DNA of 64,000 nucleotides. Origin: the human T2T-CHM13v2.0 reference genome, Homo sapiens. The stretch lies in assembly GCF_009914755.1 (NCBI RefSeq), contig NC_060947.1. One strand, given 5' to 3'. A program made the position numbers and the translations under genes. The notes beneath the pieces are model-generated. The model was not told where the DNA came from. It made no database searches and was given only the letters and a program-made list of their open reading frames with translations. Below, piece after piece: positions 15,601-33,234 of the stretch; within the stretch, counting starts at the first letter, position 1, and each line of letters begins with the position of its first letter.

Positions 15601-17050
15601 AACATGGCAATAAGCAACTGGCATGTATGTCACAGTTGTCAAGGGATGGACTTTGAAATTCCACAGAACTGGGTTCAAATTTTATCTCCATCCTTTGCTG
15701 GCCGTGTGACCTTGGGTAAGTTACTTGACCTCTTTGTGACTCAATTTCCTCATCCACCAAATGGGGATGTTAGTATCTGCCTTAGGCAGTAGGTGGAGAA
15801 TTTTGCTGAGATATACATGAAACATTCTTAGCAGAGTGCCTAATACATAGTATACACAAGCTAGTGTTATCATTATTAGAATCATCCAAGATTTTAGGTG
15901 TAGCTGTCTGAGTTTTTACTTACTCAATTCTCACATTGTCCTGAGATAAGGAACAGACCTTTTCTGCACTATGAATTCAACTTTTACATGACACATAGTC
16001 CTCTTCTTGGTCTACATACTCTCCTTGGGCAACCTCTCTCATCTACTCTCATGGTTTCAATTGCCACCTATATGCTGGTGATTTTTAGATATTTGTTTTT
16101 AATCTAAACCTCTCTCCTGAGAACCCAGATCCACATACCCCGCTGTCTTTTGCTCATCTTAACTCATATGTTTCTTAAGCACCTCAACCCCATGTGTCCA
16201 AAACTGAACGCTCCTCCAGGAGTTGTCAGTCACTAGAGGAAATCTCACTGGAGGGAGCGACATATGAGTTGATCCTTCAAATAAGGGTGATTGATTTTAA
16301 CTTAAACTTGGTAAAAGGAGAGGGAAATCATTCAAGTGAAGGACAAGTGCATGGAGGCAGGAAAGCTTCAGGGTATACAGTGGAGAGCCAGGTTTGATTA
16401 TGTATCTTCAAATCTTCCTTCTTAATGTTCTATTTCACCCCTTAGCAAATACCTGGCTCCTGATGTGTTTTTCCATATCTGGGTGTCTGAAAGCTGCAGA
16501 AAATCATACACTGCTGCTGGGATGTCTGGGGTCAGACTGAAATGAACTAGTTCCTCGCCACTAAGGTTCACAGTCTAAGGACCCCATGGGATGCTTCATG
16601 TTCAAACATGAGCCACACTGTCATCACCTCCTTCCCTGGTCTAATGGTATCAAAGTGAAAATAGAAAGATCTTGCCTCCGTTGAGAGTCTCTGAATGCCC
16701 TGGATTATCATCAGGGCCCATAAAATGATTGAATGACTGTGCAATACCATCCACTAACAGCATTCAATAATCCTTACTAATGTGAGGACCCCATTTTAGA
16801 AGAACTAAACATGGATACCAGGTTCTATTTCAATGGAACAACCTCATCTCTAAAGTGAAGAATGGACAATCTGAGTAGTAACCACAATTATGTACCACTT
16901 GCTAAATAAGTGCCAAAGCTGCATAATCTTTTATGGTGACAGTTATGGTTTCAGGCACAATAAATGGCAAGCCTTTGATCCTAAGAATACATGTATAAGC
17001 CAGTTGTAAGTATCTATCAACTGTTTGAATTCAATCATACCATCTATTAT

Positions 17051-17680
17051 TTCACAAAGCACGACTTTTTGTTACCTAAGACTGCACAGTTATGTGAATG
17101 TATTAGTTTCTAACGAGCAATTATTCATTTGTGAAAATCTTTTAATTATTCTCCTAGGCAGCAAAGAAGACATGCCTCTTCTATGTGCCATAGAAAGAAC
17201 TGACTTGAGACCAGCCTGGAACTGATTGCTGATCGGCTGGTTGGTGACACAGACTGGCAATGCTTTGGGGGTACATTGCTGTTACACATACAAATAAGAT
17301 GCAGAGACCAAGAAAGTCCATGGCATTTCTCCCAAGAGAAAAAGAAAAAAGAGAAAAAACTGACCTTTCACTGTTGGATGAACACATGACTCCAATCCTC
17401 CCCCTGCACCTCTTCATACCAATAATCCCCAGAGGCTACAGTTACCTTGGTTAGCTACTCCAGGGGGTGGCAAGCTCCCTTGAAGAATTCAAGCCCAGGC
17501 TGGATAACCACATAAGATTTTTAGGAGAGGACTCAAGCAACTGAACATTCAAAAAGCATGACTTTTTGTTACCTAAGACTGCACAGTTGTGTGAATGCAT
17601 TAGTTTCTAATGAGCAATTATTCATTTGTGAAAATCTTTAAACTATTCTCCTAGGCAGCAAAGAAGACATGCCTCTTCTA
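17051..17680 (+). repeat. 133-bp direct repeat pair (17051-17183 and 17548-17680)
   Basis: Hand alignment gives 126/133 identical with no gaps; 364-bp spacer. Confidence 0.95.
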
Positions 17681-18237
17681 AACAGGGCCACCTGTACAGT
17701 GATTAATAGTTAGTTTTCTTCAGGTCCAGACACAAATTGAAACAGGGCTTCTGAGAGCAATTAGACAAATGGAGGTATTCTTGTGTGGCTTAGGCCTTAA
17801 ATCCTTTGGGATCTCACTTCTCGGGTCTTTCCTTTTTAATGTTATGTGCTTGATTGTGTCCCTTTTATTTGGCTAAAGATGGAAGCAAGTGGGGGCCAGA
17901 AAGGCAGTTTATCCCTCAGGAGCAGGAAATTAGAAGATTGGGTACCGCCTTTAGGATTAACTGTTCCTTGAGGCCCAGGCTCCCCAACTACTCATCAATC
18001 CTCTGGACATGTTTCTGGCCTTCTGCCCAGGATGCTGTTCAGGGGAAAAATCTAACTATCTGATCAGAACAACTGGAGAGCTGTGCCACAAGTTTTCCAT
18101 CTGTAAAGTGGGTATATCCCCTCTAGCTCTGTCATTCTGTGGTTCTATATTTAGAAATATTTTGCAGGGTTTCAAGTTCCCAGCAGCTGTATAGTTATGC
18201 CTGGTGACAGTACAAATCTTAAAATGTGCCTATGTTG

Positions 18238-18806
18238 GACCTAGAACCACAAATACCATTTGACCTGGCAATCCCATTACTGGGTATATACCCAAAGGAA
18301 TATAAATCATTCTACTATAAAAACACATGCACACATATGTTTATTGCAGCACTATTTACAATAGCAAAGACACGGAACCGACCCAAATCCCCATCAATGA
18401 TAGACTGGATAAAGAAAATGGGGTACATATACTCCATGGAATACTATGCAGTCATAAAAAAGAATGAGATCGTGTCCTTTGCAGGGACATGGATGAAGCT
18501 GGAAGCCATCATCCTCAGCAAACTAACACAGGAACAGAAAACCAAACACCACATGTTCTCACCCATAAGTGGGAGTTGAACAATGAAAACACTTGGACAC
18601 AGGGAGGGGAACAACACACACTGGGGCCTGTCGGGGGATGGGAGGCAAGGGGAGGGAGAGCATTAGGACAAATACCTTATGTATGTGGGGCTTAAAACTT
18701 ATATGACGGGTTGTCAGGTGCAGCAAACCACCATGGCACATGTATACCGATGTAACAAACCTGCACAGTCTGCACATGTATCCCAGAACTTATGAAAAAA
18801 AAAAAA
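18238..18806 (+). mobile_element. 5'-truncated L1PA 3' end with poly-A and probable TSD
   Basis: ORF2 C-terminus (IPFDLAIPLLGIYPK...[14 protein letters not shown]), 3' UTR and A-tail. Flanks aaaatgtgcctatgt and aaaaagtgcctgtgt form an imperfect TSD. Confidence 0.92.
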
Positions 18807-18869
18807 GTGCCTGTGTCTTGTGTTCCAGCTGGTAGATGCTGTACTGCAGCAGATGGGTTTGCTTATTTC

Positions 18870-19032
18870 CTCCCTTCCTCCCATTTTCTCCCACCCTCCC
18901 TTCCTCCCAGCTTCTCTTCCTTCTTTTCTCCCTTTCTCCTTTGTCCCTTCCTCTCTTTTTTCTTTTATTTCTCATTCCCTCTTCCCTCCCTCCCTTCCTT
19001 TCTTCCTTCCTTCCTTCTTTCTTCTTTTCTTT
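18870..19032. repeat. CT-rich low-complexity tract
   Basis: Almost pure pyrimidine ccttc/tttc repeats. Confidence 0.85.
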
Positions 19033-19259
19033 CAAGATTATTATTTCCACTTGATGTCAATACTTGCTTCCAATTTTAATTCCGTGCATGCAGACTGCAA
19101 TCCTCTTACACCATGGAATGACGGAATTATCATAGGAGTTCATTGACGACAATTTCCCTTAAGACAGTACATAGGAAGGAGAGTCTTGAATTCTTCAAGG
19201 AATTTCCCACAATTAATTAAGAGGTGAGTGAATGCAGGCTATCCACCTGACTTAAGCCA

Positions 19260-20940
19260 ATATACATAACTTTTAACTGTCGCCCATGTGTCTTTTATAC
19301 ACCTCTCTGTACTTTTCAGCCTCTTCTTGCCCATGTTTCGGTATGATTTTTTTCTTTTAACTTATCTTCCAGCTTATTGACCTTCCTTCAGCTATGTCTA
19401 ATCTGCTGCTAAACTCATATATCAAACAGTTTTTTCAGTTACTTTATCTTTCAGTACTGGAATTTCCATTTAATTTTTCTATATGACTCCTAGTTCTCTC
19501 CTGATAATCTTTAATTAGCCATGTGATTTCTGGAACCTACTAATCATAGTTATTTTAAAGCCCATGTCTGACAAGTCTAAAAGCTGTATCTTGTATGGAT
19601 AAGATTTTATCATTTATTTTTTTCTCTTGGTTTTGGGACATGTGATTTTGTTTCCTGGTATGCTTGATAATTTTTAATTAAATACTAGACTTTGTTTATG
19701 CATATATCAAAAGATAATCTGAGGAGCCAGACGATGTCTTCTTGAAGAGAATTTACTCTGCCTTCTCACAGGTAATAAGGGTAGGAGCAGATCACCTAAA
19801 TCTAAGGAAATCATGAGCTTATTCAAGGCTGGGCTTCAATCTTTGCAAGAATTAGTAACTTTCTTCTTCAATCCTAATCCTAGTTGTAGCCCTTTAAGGG
19901 ATCCCAACCTAAAACCTGTTTACAAGATCTGCTCCTTGGTGGGCCCTAATTGCCAATGTTCGTCCCTCCAACCTCAAAAGACTGTGGAAATCTACTCAGC
20001 CCCCTGGCCTCTTAGCCACTGCTTGGAATTGGCAAAAGCTTTTAGTAGAAAAGTTGTGTCAAATGTCAGGCTCACCTCTCTGTCTCCCTTCTTTTTTGGC
20101 ATCTTGGTCTCTTTAGTCCTTGCTGCATTGGTAGCTCCCTACTGTCTTCAAATGTATTTTTTCCCCCCAAATCTTGTTTAGCTATTCTAGTTGTTCTCAG
20201 CAAAAAAGGTCTGTCTGCAAAAAGCAATTCTGGCTTTATCAGTAAATTTCCTCCTATGTCATTTAGCCTTGACTCTAGTAATATTTGGTAATTTTAGGCA
20301 GCACAATAGATCTTCAGCTCATCTTGCATATTTTCTTCCAGAGACCTGGAATAAACCATTTTCAAGGAGCTCTGGCGTGTTTCAATGAGAAATAGTATTT
20401 AAAGACCACTAGCTGGGCATTAGGAATGTTCTTTATTACTGGCTTGCATTATATCTTTGTCTTTTCAGTGGACAGAGCTAGAAAAATTACACCTTTTGGA
20501 GAGCAAAAACTAAGGAGTTCATACTGAAAATTTCAATTAATGAAAAAGACTATAGTGCATTTTACTTAATATCTTTTATCTGTAATGGATATCATTTTTC
20601 TCTTATGCTGAAAATCATTTTTCCTAATGGCATTAACATATATATCATTTGTTTTATTCTAATATTATGTGTGCTGAAATAACAATACCATCATAACTAC
20701 TAACAAAAAACTAAATGTAATTTAACATTTCTTTCTGTTTGTCTTCAATATATATTCCACCAGGGATATACAGTCAAAACACTATGTTTCAAAAGTCTTC
20801 AAATTATTCTGTTTTGTATGATTATGCCATCAACTTGATATACAGAAAGATTCATTTATTTGAACTTGTTTTCAGCTTTATGGGATTGTTTTTTTCTCTT
20901 TGATTTGATTTTGTTTTTAAATTGTATGAAATATTAAATG
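19260..20940 (-). mobile_element. Ancient L1 fragments
   Basis: T-rich degenerate L1-like sequence in antisense orientation. Confidence 0.45.
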
Positions 20941-21959
20941 GCTGTAAGTTCCAAAGTATAAAACAAAAGAAATTTAGCTTCCATCTCTGTTTCCTCTCCC
21001 CATTCTCTATTCTCTCTTTCTCTTCACCTACAGGCAGCACATTTTTGTTACTTTTTGATTTATTCTTTCACATTAAAATATACGTATTTTACTATTTTAC
21101 ACATATACTTATATGGAGACAGAGAGAGAGAGAGAGAGAGAGAGATTGCCACATTTGGGACAAAATCTAGATTCCATCCTTAATGCTTCTCTTTTCCTTA
21201 CCCTACAAATTCTATCAATCAATAAATCCTAGGGCTACCTCCAAAGTATATCTCAAGTCCAAGGAGAGCTACCTTCATCTCCTGCCTGGAGGGCAGCAAC
21301 AGCCTCCAGCTGCTCTTACCCCTGCACCTCCCGCCTCCCAACACACTTTCCCTGCTGCAGCCAGAGGCAACCTTTCAAAGCATTTTGCAAAGAGAGGACT
21401 AATCTGCTCTTTCCTGCTGTCAGCCCTTACTGGGACCTGAAGGCGGAGCAAGCCCCTGAACCCTGCATCCAGCATGGATCAGACTCCCGCCTTCTTCTCC
21501 TAGCCTGCTTCCCACCCCTTGCTAACATGCACCCTAGACTGCCAGCCACACTGAAACCTGTGCCTGGATACACTCCTGAGAACATGCTAGATCTTCCCAA
21601 CTGGAATGCTTTTCCCTGAGCCTCAGTTGGATGCACTCACAGCACAATCCTGTTTTTAAATCCTCATATTTGGCATGACTTTATAGTTGTCCGGTAAGAA
21701 AAGACAGTATCAGAGAGGGACAGAAACTTGCTTAAGTTCCTACAAGAGTTTTTCCCACTTGTTCGTTGAACAAACTGTTCTTGAGCTGTGTACCAAGGTC
21801 TCTCCTTAGACATGTAGAAAATGGAGATGATTTTGCTTGGAGCTGCCTTACCCCCAGGCGGTCCTGGCTGTGAAAGACCTTATCTAACACAAATTGTGAA
21901 GACAGAGGCACTGCCTTGAGCACCTGAAAGAGCATCTGCTGAGTGTCCTTACCAATCCC

Positions 21960-22435
21960 AGCCCTTTCCGGCGCCCCGCCCTTCGCCTGTCTGGCCTAGT
22001 TCTCAAGGTCAGCTGGCAGGCGAACTAGCCAGCGAACTGTCCTTCCTGCTGCTGTTGGGGTGATTTATAAAGAGCCTCGGCTGTGACTCCTTCATGATGG
22101 CCTTGTCCGTGGAGCCTCAGCCACACCTGCCCTTTTAAAGAAGGCGGCGTGTAGTTCCGTGCCAAGGACTGCGGCGAAACCAAGCTGGTGTCCTCACCAC
22201 CAGCAACCTCTCCCTGCATCCCATTGCCCAGGTTCCTGGAGCCCCACGACGACCAGGGTGCCCAAAGAGCCCCGGAGCGTATCCCAGCCTGTGCCCTCCA
22301 GGCGGCACAGAACGGCTCCGCAGTGCCACCTAGAGGCTTCCAGCGCCAGCCAGAGGAGAGAGTTTTTGTCTCTGCGGGCTTTGGGGGCTAGCTGGGCAAT
22401 GGCTAGCACTTTGGAGGTTTGGTACCAGGGTGAGC
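21960..22435 (+). promoter_or_regulatory. Orphan GC-rich promoter/enhancer-like element with a CTCF-like motif
   Basis: Local CpG enrichment, GC box GCCCCGCCC, TCAAGGTCA (22003), TATAAA (22066), GTGCCACCTAGAGGC (22323). Confidence 0.5.
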
Positions 22436-22639
22436 TACATTTGGAGAAGTTCATTTCTGGATGTATGGCTGTACATTCAACCCCCTCGGAGCCTGTCTCC
22501 TGTAGCTACCTCTCCACCCCTAGTGCACACACTTAGGGCCAGTGTGACTCACAGCTCTGGAGAAACCCAAGAGCTGCCTCCAAACCTCTAGTCTTAACCA
22601 AATGGCAGAAACAGGAGAGCAAGTCCTGCAACATACCCC

Positions 22640-23760
22640 AGTGCAAGAGTTGTTCAGTAGATGAGATAAAGATAGCATTCCCAACAGAACCGAAGTGAAG
22701 GGACCATCAGTGAGATTGTTGGGACAGCTAGCTAGCCATTTCTAAAAAGGACATTGAAACTTCCACCTTGCACCATGCCCTCAAATTACATCCTGGTGGA
22801 TTGAAGAGTGCAATGTCATACTAGAAGAAAATATTGGTACCTATTTGTATAGGCTTGGAGTGGGGAGGATATTCCAAATATAATACCAAGCACAGAAACT
22901 ATAAAGGAAAAAGACTGATAAATTTGACTCAAAATTTAAAATCTTTTGTGCATTAAAAAAAAAAACTATTGATAAACTTAAAAGCCAAAATAATGTACTT
23001 GGAAAATGACCACACATCTGAAAGACAGTGACTAATATCCTTAATATATAGGGAGCTTTTACAAATCAATAGGAAAAAGACAAACGCTCCAGTGGGAAGA
23101 TAGGAAAAATGCATGAACAAGCAATTCATGAAAAGACAAACAGATTACTAGGAACATTAAGAAATGTTCGGCCTTAGTAGTAATCAACGGAATGCTAATT
23201 AAAACCACACAGAGATTATATTGTTTTCAACTACCAAATGAACAAAAATTTCAACGAGAACTAACTCATGGAGGGGACAGATAAAGCAGAGATCAGGCCT
23301 GCCGACACACGGCTATGGGAGGGAGCGGTGGCAAGGCTTTTCTGGAAGGCAACTTGGTGTCATGGAGTAAAAGTCTTAACAAATATTGCACATCTCTGTG
23401 CTCAGCAGTGTCACTTTAAAAAACTTATCCTAAAGACACAATGTGTGGAAAGATATAACTGGTCAGGGATGTTTGCAGTAGTCTTGTTTTTAATAAGGGT
23501 ATAAAAAGGAAACAACCTAAGTAAATATACATTTATTTAAAATAATAAGATAGGTGTCTTCTCATCAACTTGGAAAGGTGTTCATGAGATATCACTAGGT
23601 GAGAAACACAAGTTACAAGAAAATTGTATGTATAATATAATTTATTTTATGTAAATAAAAATGATGTATATATTACATGGATAAAAACAGATTGAGTCAT
23701 GCAGCACAATATTAACAATGATTGCCTTGAGAGGGAATAGAGATTATGCATTGCCTTTTT
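22640..23760 (+). mobile_element. Ancient L1 (L1ME-like) 3' portion
   Basis: Degenerate ORF2 3' motifs (ttgtataggcttggagtggggagg, gactaatatccttaatatataggg, ctggaaggcaacttgg). Confidence 0.6.
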
Positions 23761-24833
23761 TACTTTTTTTGGCTTATTGATATTTTTATTTCAACATAGA
23801 AATATCCATACTGGCTCTTTTCTTGCCTTTACTTTTTCTTTTACTTTCTTAGAATTTTTTTTTAATTATAAGAATAATACAGGCTTGTCGTAAAAATTCA
23901 AACCCAACAAAAGTATATAGAGGCTTTCCCTCTGACCACCCCATTCCCCAGAGAGGACCATTGTGAACAGGTTGGTATATATATTTTCCAGACATTTGTA
24001 TGCACATATAAACATATATGCATGTGTATATTTTAATATAAATAGGATCACACTGTATACACTGTGCTGTAACCTGCTTTTTTCACTAAATAGTATGTCA
24101 TGAACATCTTTCTATGTCAATACACATAGATCTGCCTTATGTTTTTTAAAAAAATATGCTTTTCAACAGCTGCATATTATTACCTTGTACAGATATATTC
24201 AAATCTTTACTTTCTGATTTATCTACATTGATACGTACCATTTGTGTAATGAAAATATAAAAAAATGTTTTGTTGGAAAAAACAAAAAAAGAAAGAGGGA
24301 GAAAAGAAGGAAGAGAGTGAAATGATATTGTTTGTTCACCTTCACTTTCATGTGGATTTGGGGCTTTTTCTACTTGGGAGATAGATTTGATTCTAGAAAG
24401 CTGTCAGGGTTTGATGAGATGCAGAAAAAGTCTCACTTGCTCCATGATTAAACAAAAAAATCCCGGGGATCTTGGGACTTCTGACGGGCTTTTCCAGTCC
24501 AGGTCACCAGGCTTGGAGAGGAGGCCATGTCAGAGCAGAAGTTCTATCTGGGACTCTAATGACATTTACACAAGAAAACAGTAAAACTTAGAAGCAAAAT
24601 CAATCATAACAACAATTATGGAAGTGAAACAAACCACTTCTTTCTTTTGCTTTTCACCTATATTTATTAACCATTTGTATTTATTCTTTGTTTTTTCCAT
24701 TTTTCCAGCTTTATTGAGTGTAATCGCCAACTAAAATTGTATAAATTTAAGATGTACAACATGATGATTTGATATACATATATATTGTAAAATGATTACT
24801 ACAATAAAAGTGGTTAACGCACCCATTACCTCA

Positions 24834-24838
<5 letters not shown>

Positions 24839-24886
<48 letters not shown>
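24839..24886. repeat. (TG)24 microsatellite
   Basis: Perfect TG run. Confidence 0.97.
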
Positions 24887-24887
<1 letters not shown>

Positions 24888-24912
24888 TGAGAACTTTTAA
24901 GATCCATTCTCT

Positions 24913-25223
<311 letters not shown>

Positions 25224-28200
25224 CTAATCAAATTTCAAGTATATAATATAATATTAGTAACTATAGTCACCAAGATGTACATTAGATCCCCAGAAGTTAA
25301 TCCACCTTCAAACTGAAAGTTTGTACCCTTTGACCAACATCTGTTCAATTCCCCCACCAGCCAGCCCCCATCACCACCATTCTACTCTCAGTTTCTATGA
25401 ATCTGGCTTTTTTAGATTCCACATATGAGTGAGATTACACAATAGTTATATTTCTCTGTCTGACTTATTGCACTTAGCATAACGCGGTCAAGTTTCATCC
25501 ATATTGTTCCAAATAACAGGATTTCCTTTTTTAATGTCTGAACAATATTCTCTCTGTGTGTGTGTATGGTGTGTGTATGTGTGTGTTTCACATTTTTTTA
25601 AATCCATTCTTCTGTCGACAGAAATTTTGTTTTTTCCCTCCTTGGCTACTGTGAATAATGCTGAAACAAACATGGGAGTGCAGATATCTCTTTGAGGTAC
25701 TGAATTCATTCCTTTGGATCTATACCCAGAAGTAGAAGTGTTCGATCATATGATTCTATTTTTAATTTAAGAAACTTCGATACTATTTTCCATAGTGGCT
25801 GTACCAATTTACATTCCGACCAACAGTGCAGAAGGGTTCCCTTTTCTCCACATCCTTGACAACACTTATTATCTCTTGTCTTTTTGAGAATATCATCGTA
25901 ACACGTATGAGGTGATATTTCATTTTAGCTTTGATTTGCATTTTCCTTATGATTACTGATGTTGAGCACCTTTTCATGCACCTATGGGGCATGTGTAAGT
26001 CTTCTTTGGAAAAATATCTATTCAAGTTTTTTTTAACTCATTTTAAAATCAGATTATTTATGAGAGTATTTATTTTTGCTATTGAGTTGTATGTGTTCCA
26101 TATATATTTTGGATATTAATCCATTATCAGATATATGGTTTGCAAATATTTTCTCCCATTCCATAGGTTGCCTGTACATTTTGTTGTTCCCTTTGCTGTG
26201 CAGAAGCTTTTCAGCTTAATGTACTCCCACTTGTCTATTTTTGCTTTTGTTGTTTGTGCTTTTGATGTCATATCCAAAAAAAAAAAAAAATCACTGGCAA
26301 GACCAGTGTGAAAGAGCTTTTCTCTTATGTTTTATTCTGGGAATTTTATAGTGTCAGGTCTTACATTGAGGTCTTTAATCCATTTTGAATTCAGTTTTGT
26401 GAGTGATGTAAATCGTGGTCCAGTTTTTTTCTCTGCATGTGGACATTCAGTTTTTTCAACACCATTTATTGACGAGACTATCCTTTCCTCATTGCGTATT
26501 CTTGGCACTCTTGTCAAATACTAGTTGACTGTCTATGGGTGGATTTATTTCTGGGCTCTCAATTCATGAATAGTCTATGTCTGTTTTTGTGCCAGGACCA
26601 TGCTGTTTTGATTTCTATAGCTTTTAGTATACTTTGAAATTAGGGAGTGTGGTGCCTCCAGCTTTGTTCATCTTTCCCAGGATTGCTTTGCCTATTCAGG
26701 TTTTTTTTGTGGTTCCATAGGGATTTTAGAATTGCTTTTTCTAGTCTGTGAAAAATGCTGTTAGGATTTTGATAGAGATTGCATTGAATCTGTGGATCAC
26801 TTTGGGTAGTATGGACAGTCTAACAATATTAATTCTTTCAACTCATGAACATGGGCTATCTTTCCACTTATTCGTGTTTTCCTCAATTTCTTTCATCAAT
26901 GTCTTATAGTTTTCAGTATAAAAAACTTTTCACCCCCTTGGTTAAATTTACTCTTAAGTATTTTCAAACCACCTTCTAATCTCTTGCTCAGACACAGGAC
27001 AAAACCTCCCCATAACTCCCTCCTCCCACACCCAGGTGATCTGAACTCTGAGTAAGACCTTACTCTAAAGATGGTCCAGTTTGCCTGCCTTCTTTTACAG
27101 ATGAGAAAATGGAGGCCCCAAGACAGGCAGGGCTAAGGTCAAGCCTAGCAGGGAGTCTGGGGCAATCTGGCCTAGTACCCAGCAAGTCTGACTTCTGATT
27201 TGCTCTTTTCCTTTCCTTCCCCTTCCCCTTCCCCTTCCCCTTTCCCTTCCCTTCCTTCCCTTCCCTTTCCTTTCCCGAAGCCTATTTCAGGAATAAAACT
27301 TATTTTTTCATCATAAAACATACACATACTAATTATGCAAAACTTGGACAGTAAACATAAAAGCTAGAGGAAGAAAAGTACTCAATCCACCACTTTTCTT
27401 GGCAGAATTTCCCCACATCTCTCTTGCTCCTGTCTGTTTTCTATATTTTTGTATTTCAGTTATTTTTCACAGTTTCAGGTCCACTGAGAGTTTCTCTTCT
27501 TACTTCCAGCATACCTTTGTGTGTATATATGTACTTTTCTTTTTGTTCTCTCACATTTGTGGATTTAGAGCAAGGTGTGCAGCTATCATCTTTATGCCAG
27601 AAGTTTGTCTTGCATCCTTTCCACTGCAGCCTCCAGGGCCAGGTTTCATCTTGGTTACCACATACTTTGTCATAAAGAGATTTGTGGTTTAACTTTGGCA
27701 CCAAGTGTAACATTGAAGCCTTGAGCACTTTATCTTTATCACTCAGGTCCTACTTAATTCTCGGAGTTAATTCTGTGGATATGAGCTGAAGAAGAGGAAA
27801 GCTCCCCGCAAAGGAGTTACAAGTGCATCTTCAATGAAGGGAGAGCTCCCCACCATTGTGGGTGTCCGGGGTTCTCCTGCAATTACATGGAGTCTTTTTG
27901 CCCAGTGGGCAGGGTAGGCACTCCAATTTCAGCAATTAGGAAAACTCAGATTAAATGGGTGGGTCATGTCTGTAAGGCACCCAGAAGAGTCTGCTGATAG
28001 TAAATTGCTACATCAAATAGGTGTTACCATCCAATGTGCCCAAGGTTTGAGACACCAAGTTCCAAAACAAACAAGCAGTATCCTATTATTTTGCTTTCTG
28101 CCAAGTCAGACTCCCATGCAATCATTTATCTTGTTGAAATAGTTGTAGATAACTCTTAGCAGCCAAAAGTGGAGGCTTGGGGACTGCCTGTCTTCCTGTG

Positions 28201-28618
28201 ATGGCTCCACCCAGAAAATAAATAGCCAGACTCAGTTCATTTCCCCCCATTTGCAATTGCCTCTCTTGTGGAGAGGTCCTCACGTAGCCCGGGCTGTGCA
28301 TCTGCTATAGGAAGTGCAGATTGTTGGAAAAGTGACACCCTACGATTCTGTGCCCTGTTATACATCACTCAGGTGGTCTCTGCGAGTGGGATGCCTTCCT
28401 ATTTTATAATAGCAAAGCCACTTTATTTACATGGGAAATATGCCAGACATAAATCCCAGATAAAAGAAGAGGCCCCTTTGGAAAAAGAAAGAGGCCGAGA
28501 AAGAAAGCTTGAACTGTTGGCCCCAAGATTTCACTAAAGAAAAATGCCTTCAAAGGAAGCTGTCCATAGTGAATTTCTTTTTAAGGAGATGGCAGTTAAA
28601 CTGTAGAACATAAAGGAC

Positions 28619-31907
<3,289 letters not shown>

Positions 31908-32859
31908 CCAGCAAGTCTACCTCTTGAGCCCCCAGAGTTCACATCTGAGATGGGCGTGCTTCCAATAAGAAGCACTGGGATGAAGGTGCTGGGAACTCAC
32001 TGTGGGTGGTGGGGAGGAAGAGAGCACTTTGTCCCAGAGCAAGCAGACCCCACTGATTGCCCCCTACCCCAGGGCTGACCCTGCCCTAGCATTGTATGAT
32101 GGGCAGAAGCGCATGTCACTCTTATATCAACGTCAGTGGTAGGTAGACTCTATTATCTGCCCATTTCACAGAATAGAATGCAGAAGCAGATAGGTTAGGT
32201 GTCTGGCCTAATGTCACACAGCTACCAAGTTGAGAAGATGTGAACCAAGCTGCTCTGATTCCAGAATGTCCTGTACAAATCTCTTTGTTCTGTTCCCTGC
32301 TGGCTAGACTTGCTCTGTACTGATGAAATCACAAAGAAGTTAACTTTTCCATTACAATCCCCTCATTTGAGACTGACCATTATTCCAACCCACCCATTGA
32401 TTGTAGGGAAATTGCTCCTTGGGTCAGTCGAATATGAACTCCTCCAATTGGTTTCCTCTGAGAGAGTATCACGAGGATTAAAATAAGAGGACCCTAAGGA
32501 AGAGTTGCCTTTTTTATATTTCCCTAAAGCATCATATAGATTAGGAAAGGGAATTGTCTCATTAATCCTCTTCACCACACTATGATGAAGGCGTGATTAG
32601 CCCCATTTTGCAGATGAGGAAAGTGGGCAAGGGAGATGTCACCCAGGCAGCTGCCCCAGTCCAGGCGTTTGTTCCTCCCAAGACCTGTCTGCCCTATGCC
32701 CCAGGGAGGGTATTCTATTTCTATCAAGGGGACTAGTTCTTATAGAGAAGATCTAGCGATAGGATTGTTGCATGGATGGATTTTGTCCACTTTTTTTCTC
32801 GGTGCACTTCGCAAGGAGTTCCTAGGGCAAGACACAGATACCTTGTTCCCAAATAAATA

Positions 32860-33230
32860 AGACGGTTGTGTTGCCGTTTAGTTTTTCCCCCTTCTTACCG
32901 CATCGAAAGAACTCAGAGGAGAGGGGGCGGGGCCGAGCCGGGCCTGTTGCATGCAGTCCCGCCCCTCACCACCTCTCCTCGCTTGCGCCCAGCGCAGGCT
33001 GGTACTCCACACTCGGCTTCCCTGGAGTCGGAGACCTAGCCTGGGCCTGCTGAAAAGCACAGCATTCTTCCTGATGTGTGAATGTGCAGAGTGGCCCCAT
33101 CGGCTCCCAGGCGACTCACTTAGGCTCGGGGAGATTAAGGCGGGCTTGGAGCCAGGTTAAACAAATCAGCGCCCACTGCCTCCAGGGCCGCAGTTGCTCT
33201 CCGGGACACTGCCCTCGAAGAGCACCTGAC
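32860..33230. promoter_or_regulatory. Small GC/CpG-rich promoter-like element
   Basis: GGGGCGGGGC (32924), CCCGCCCC (32958) and elevated CpG relative to the flanks. Confidence 0.45.
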
Positions 33231-33234
33231 AGAA

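Noticed and set aside
18238-18806. Possibility that this L1 3' end is the missing tail of the 28.6-31.9 kb L1
   Set aside because: It has its own probable TSD, lies upstream, and does not begin where the other element stops; an independent insertion
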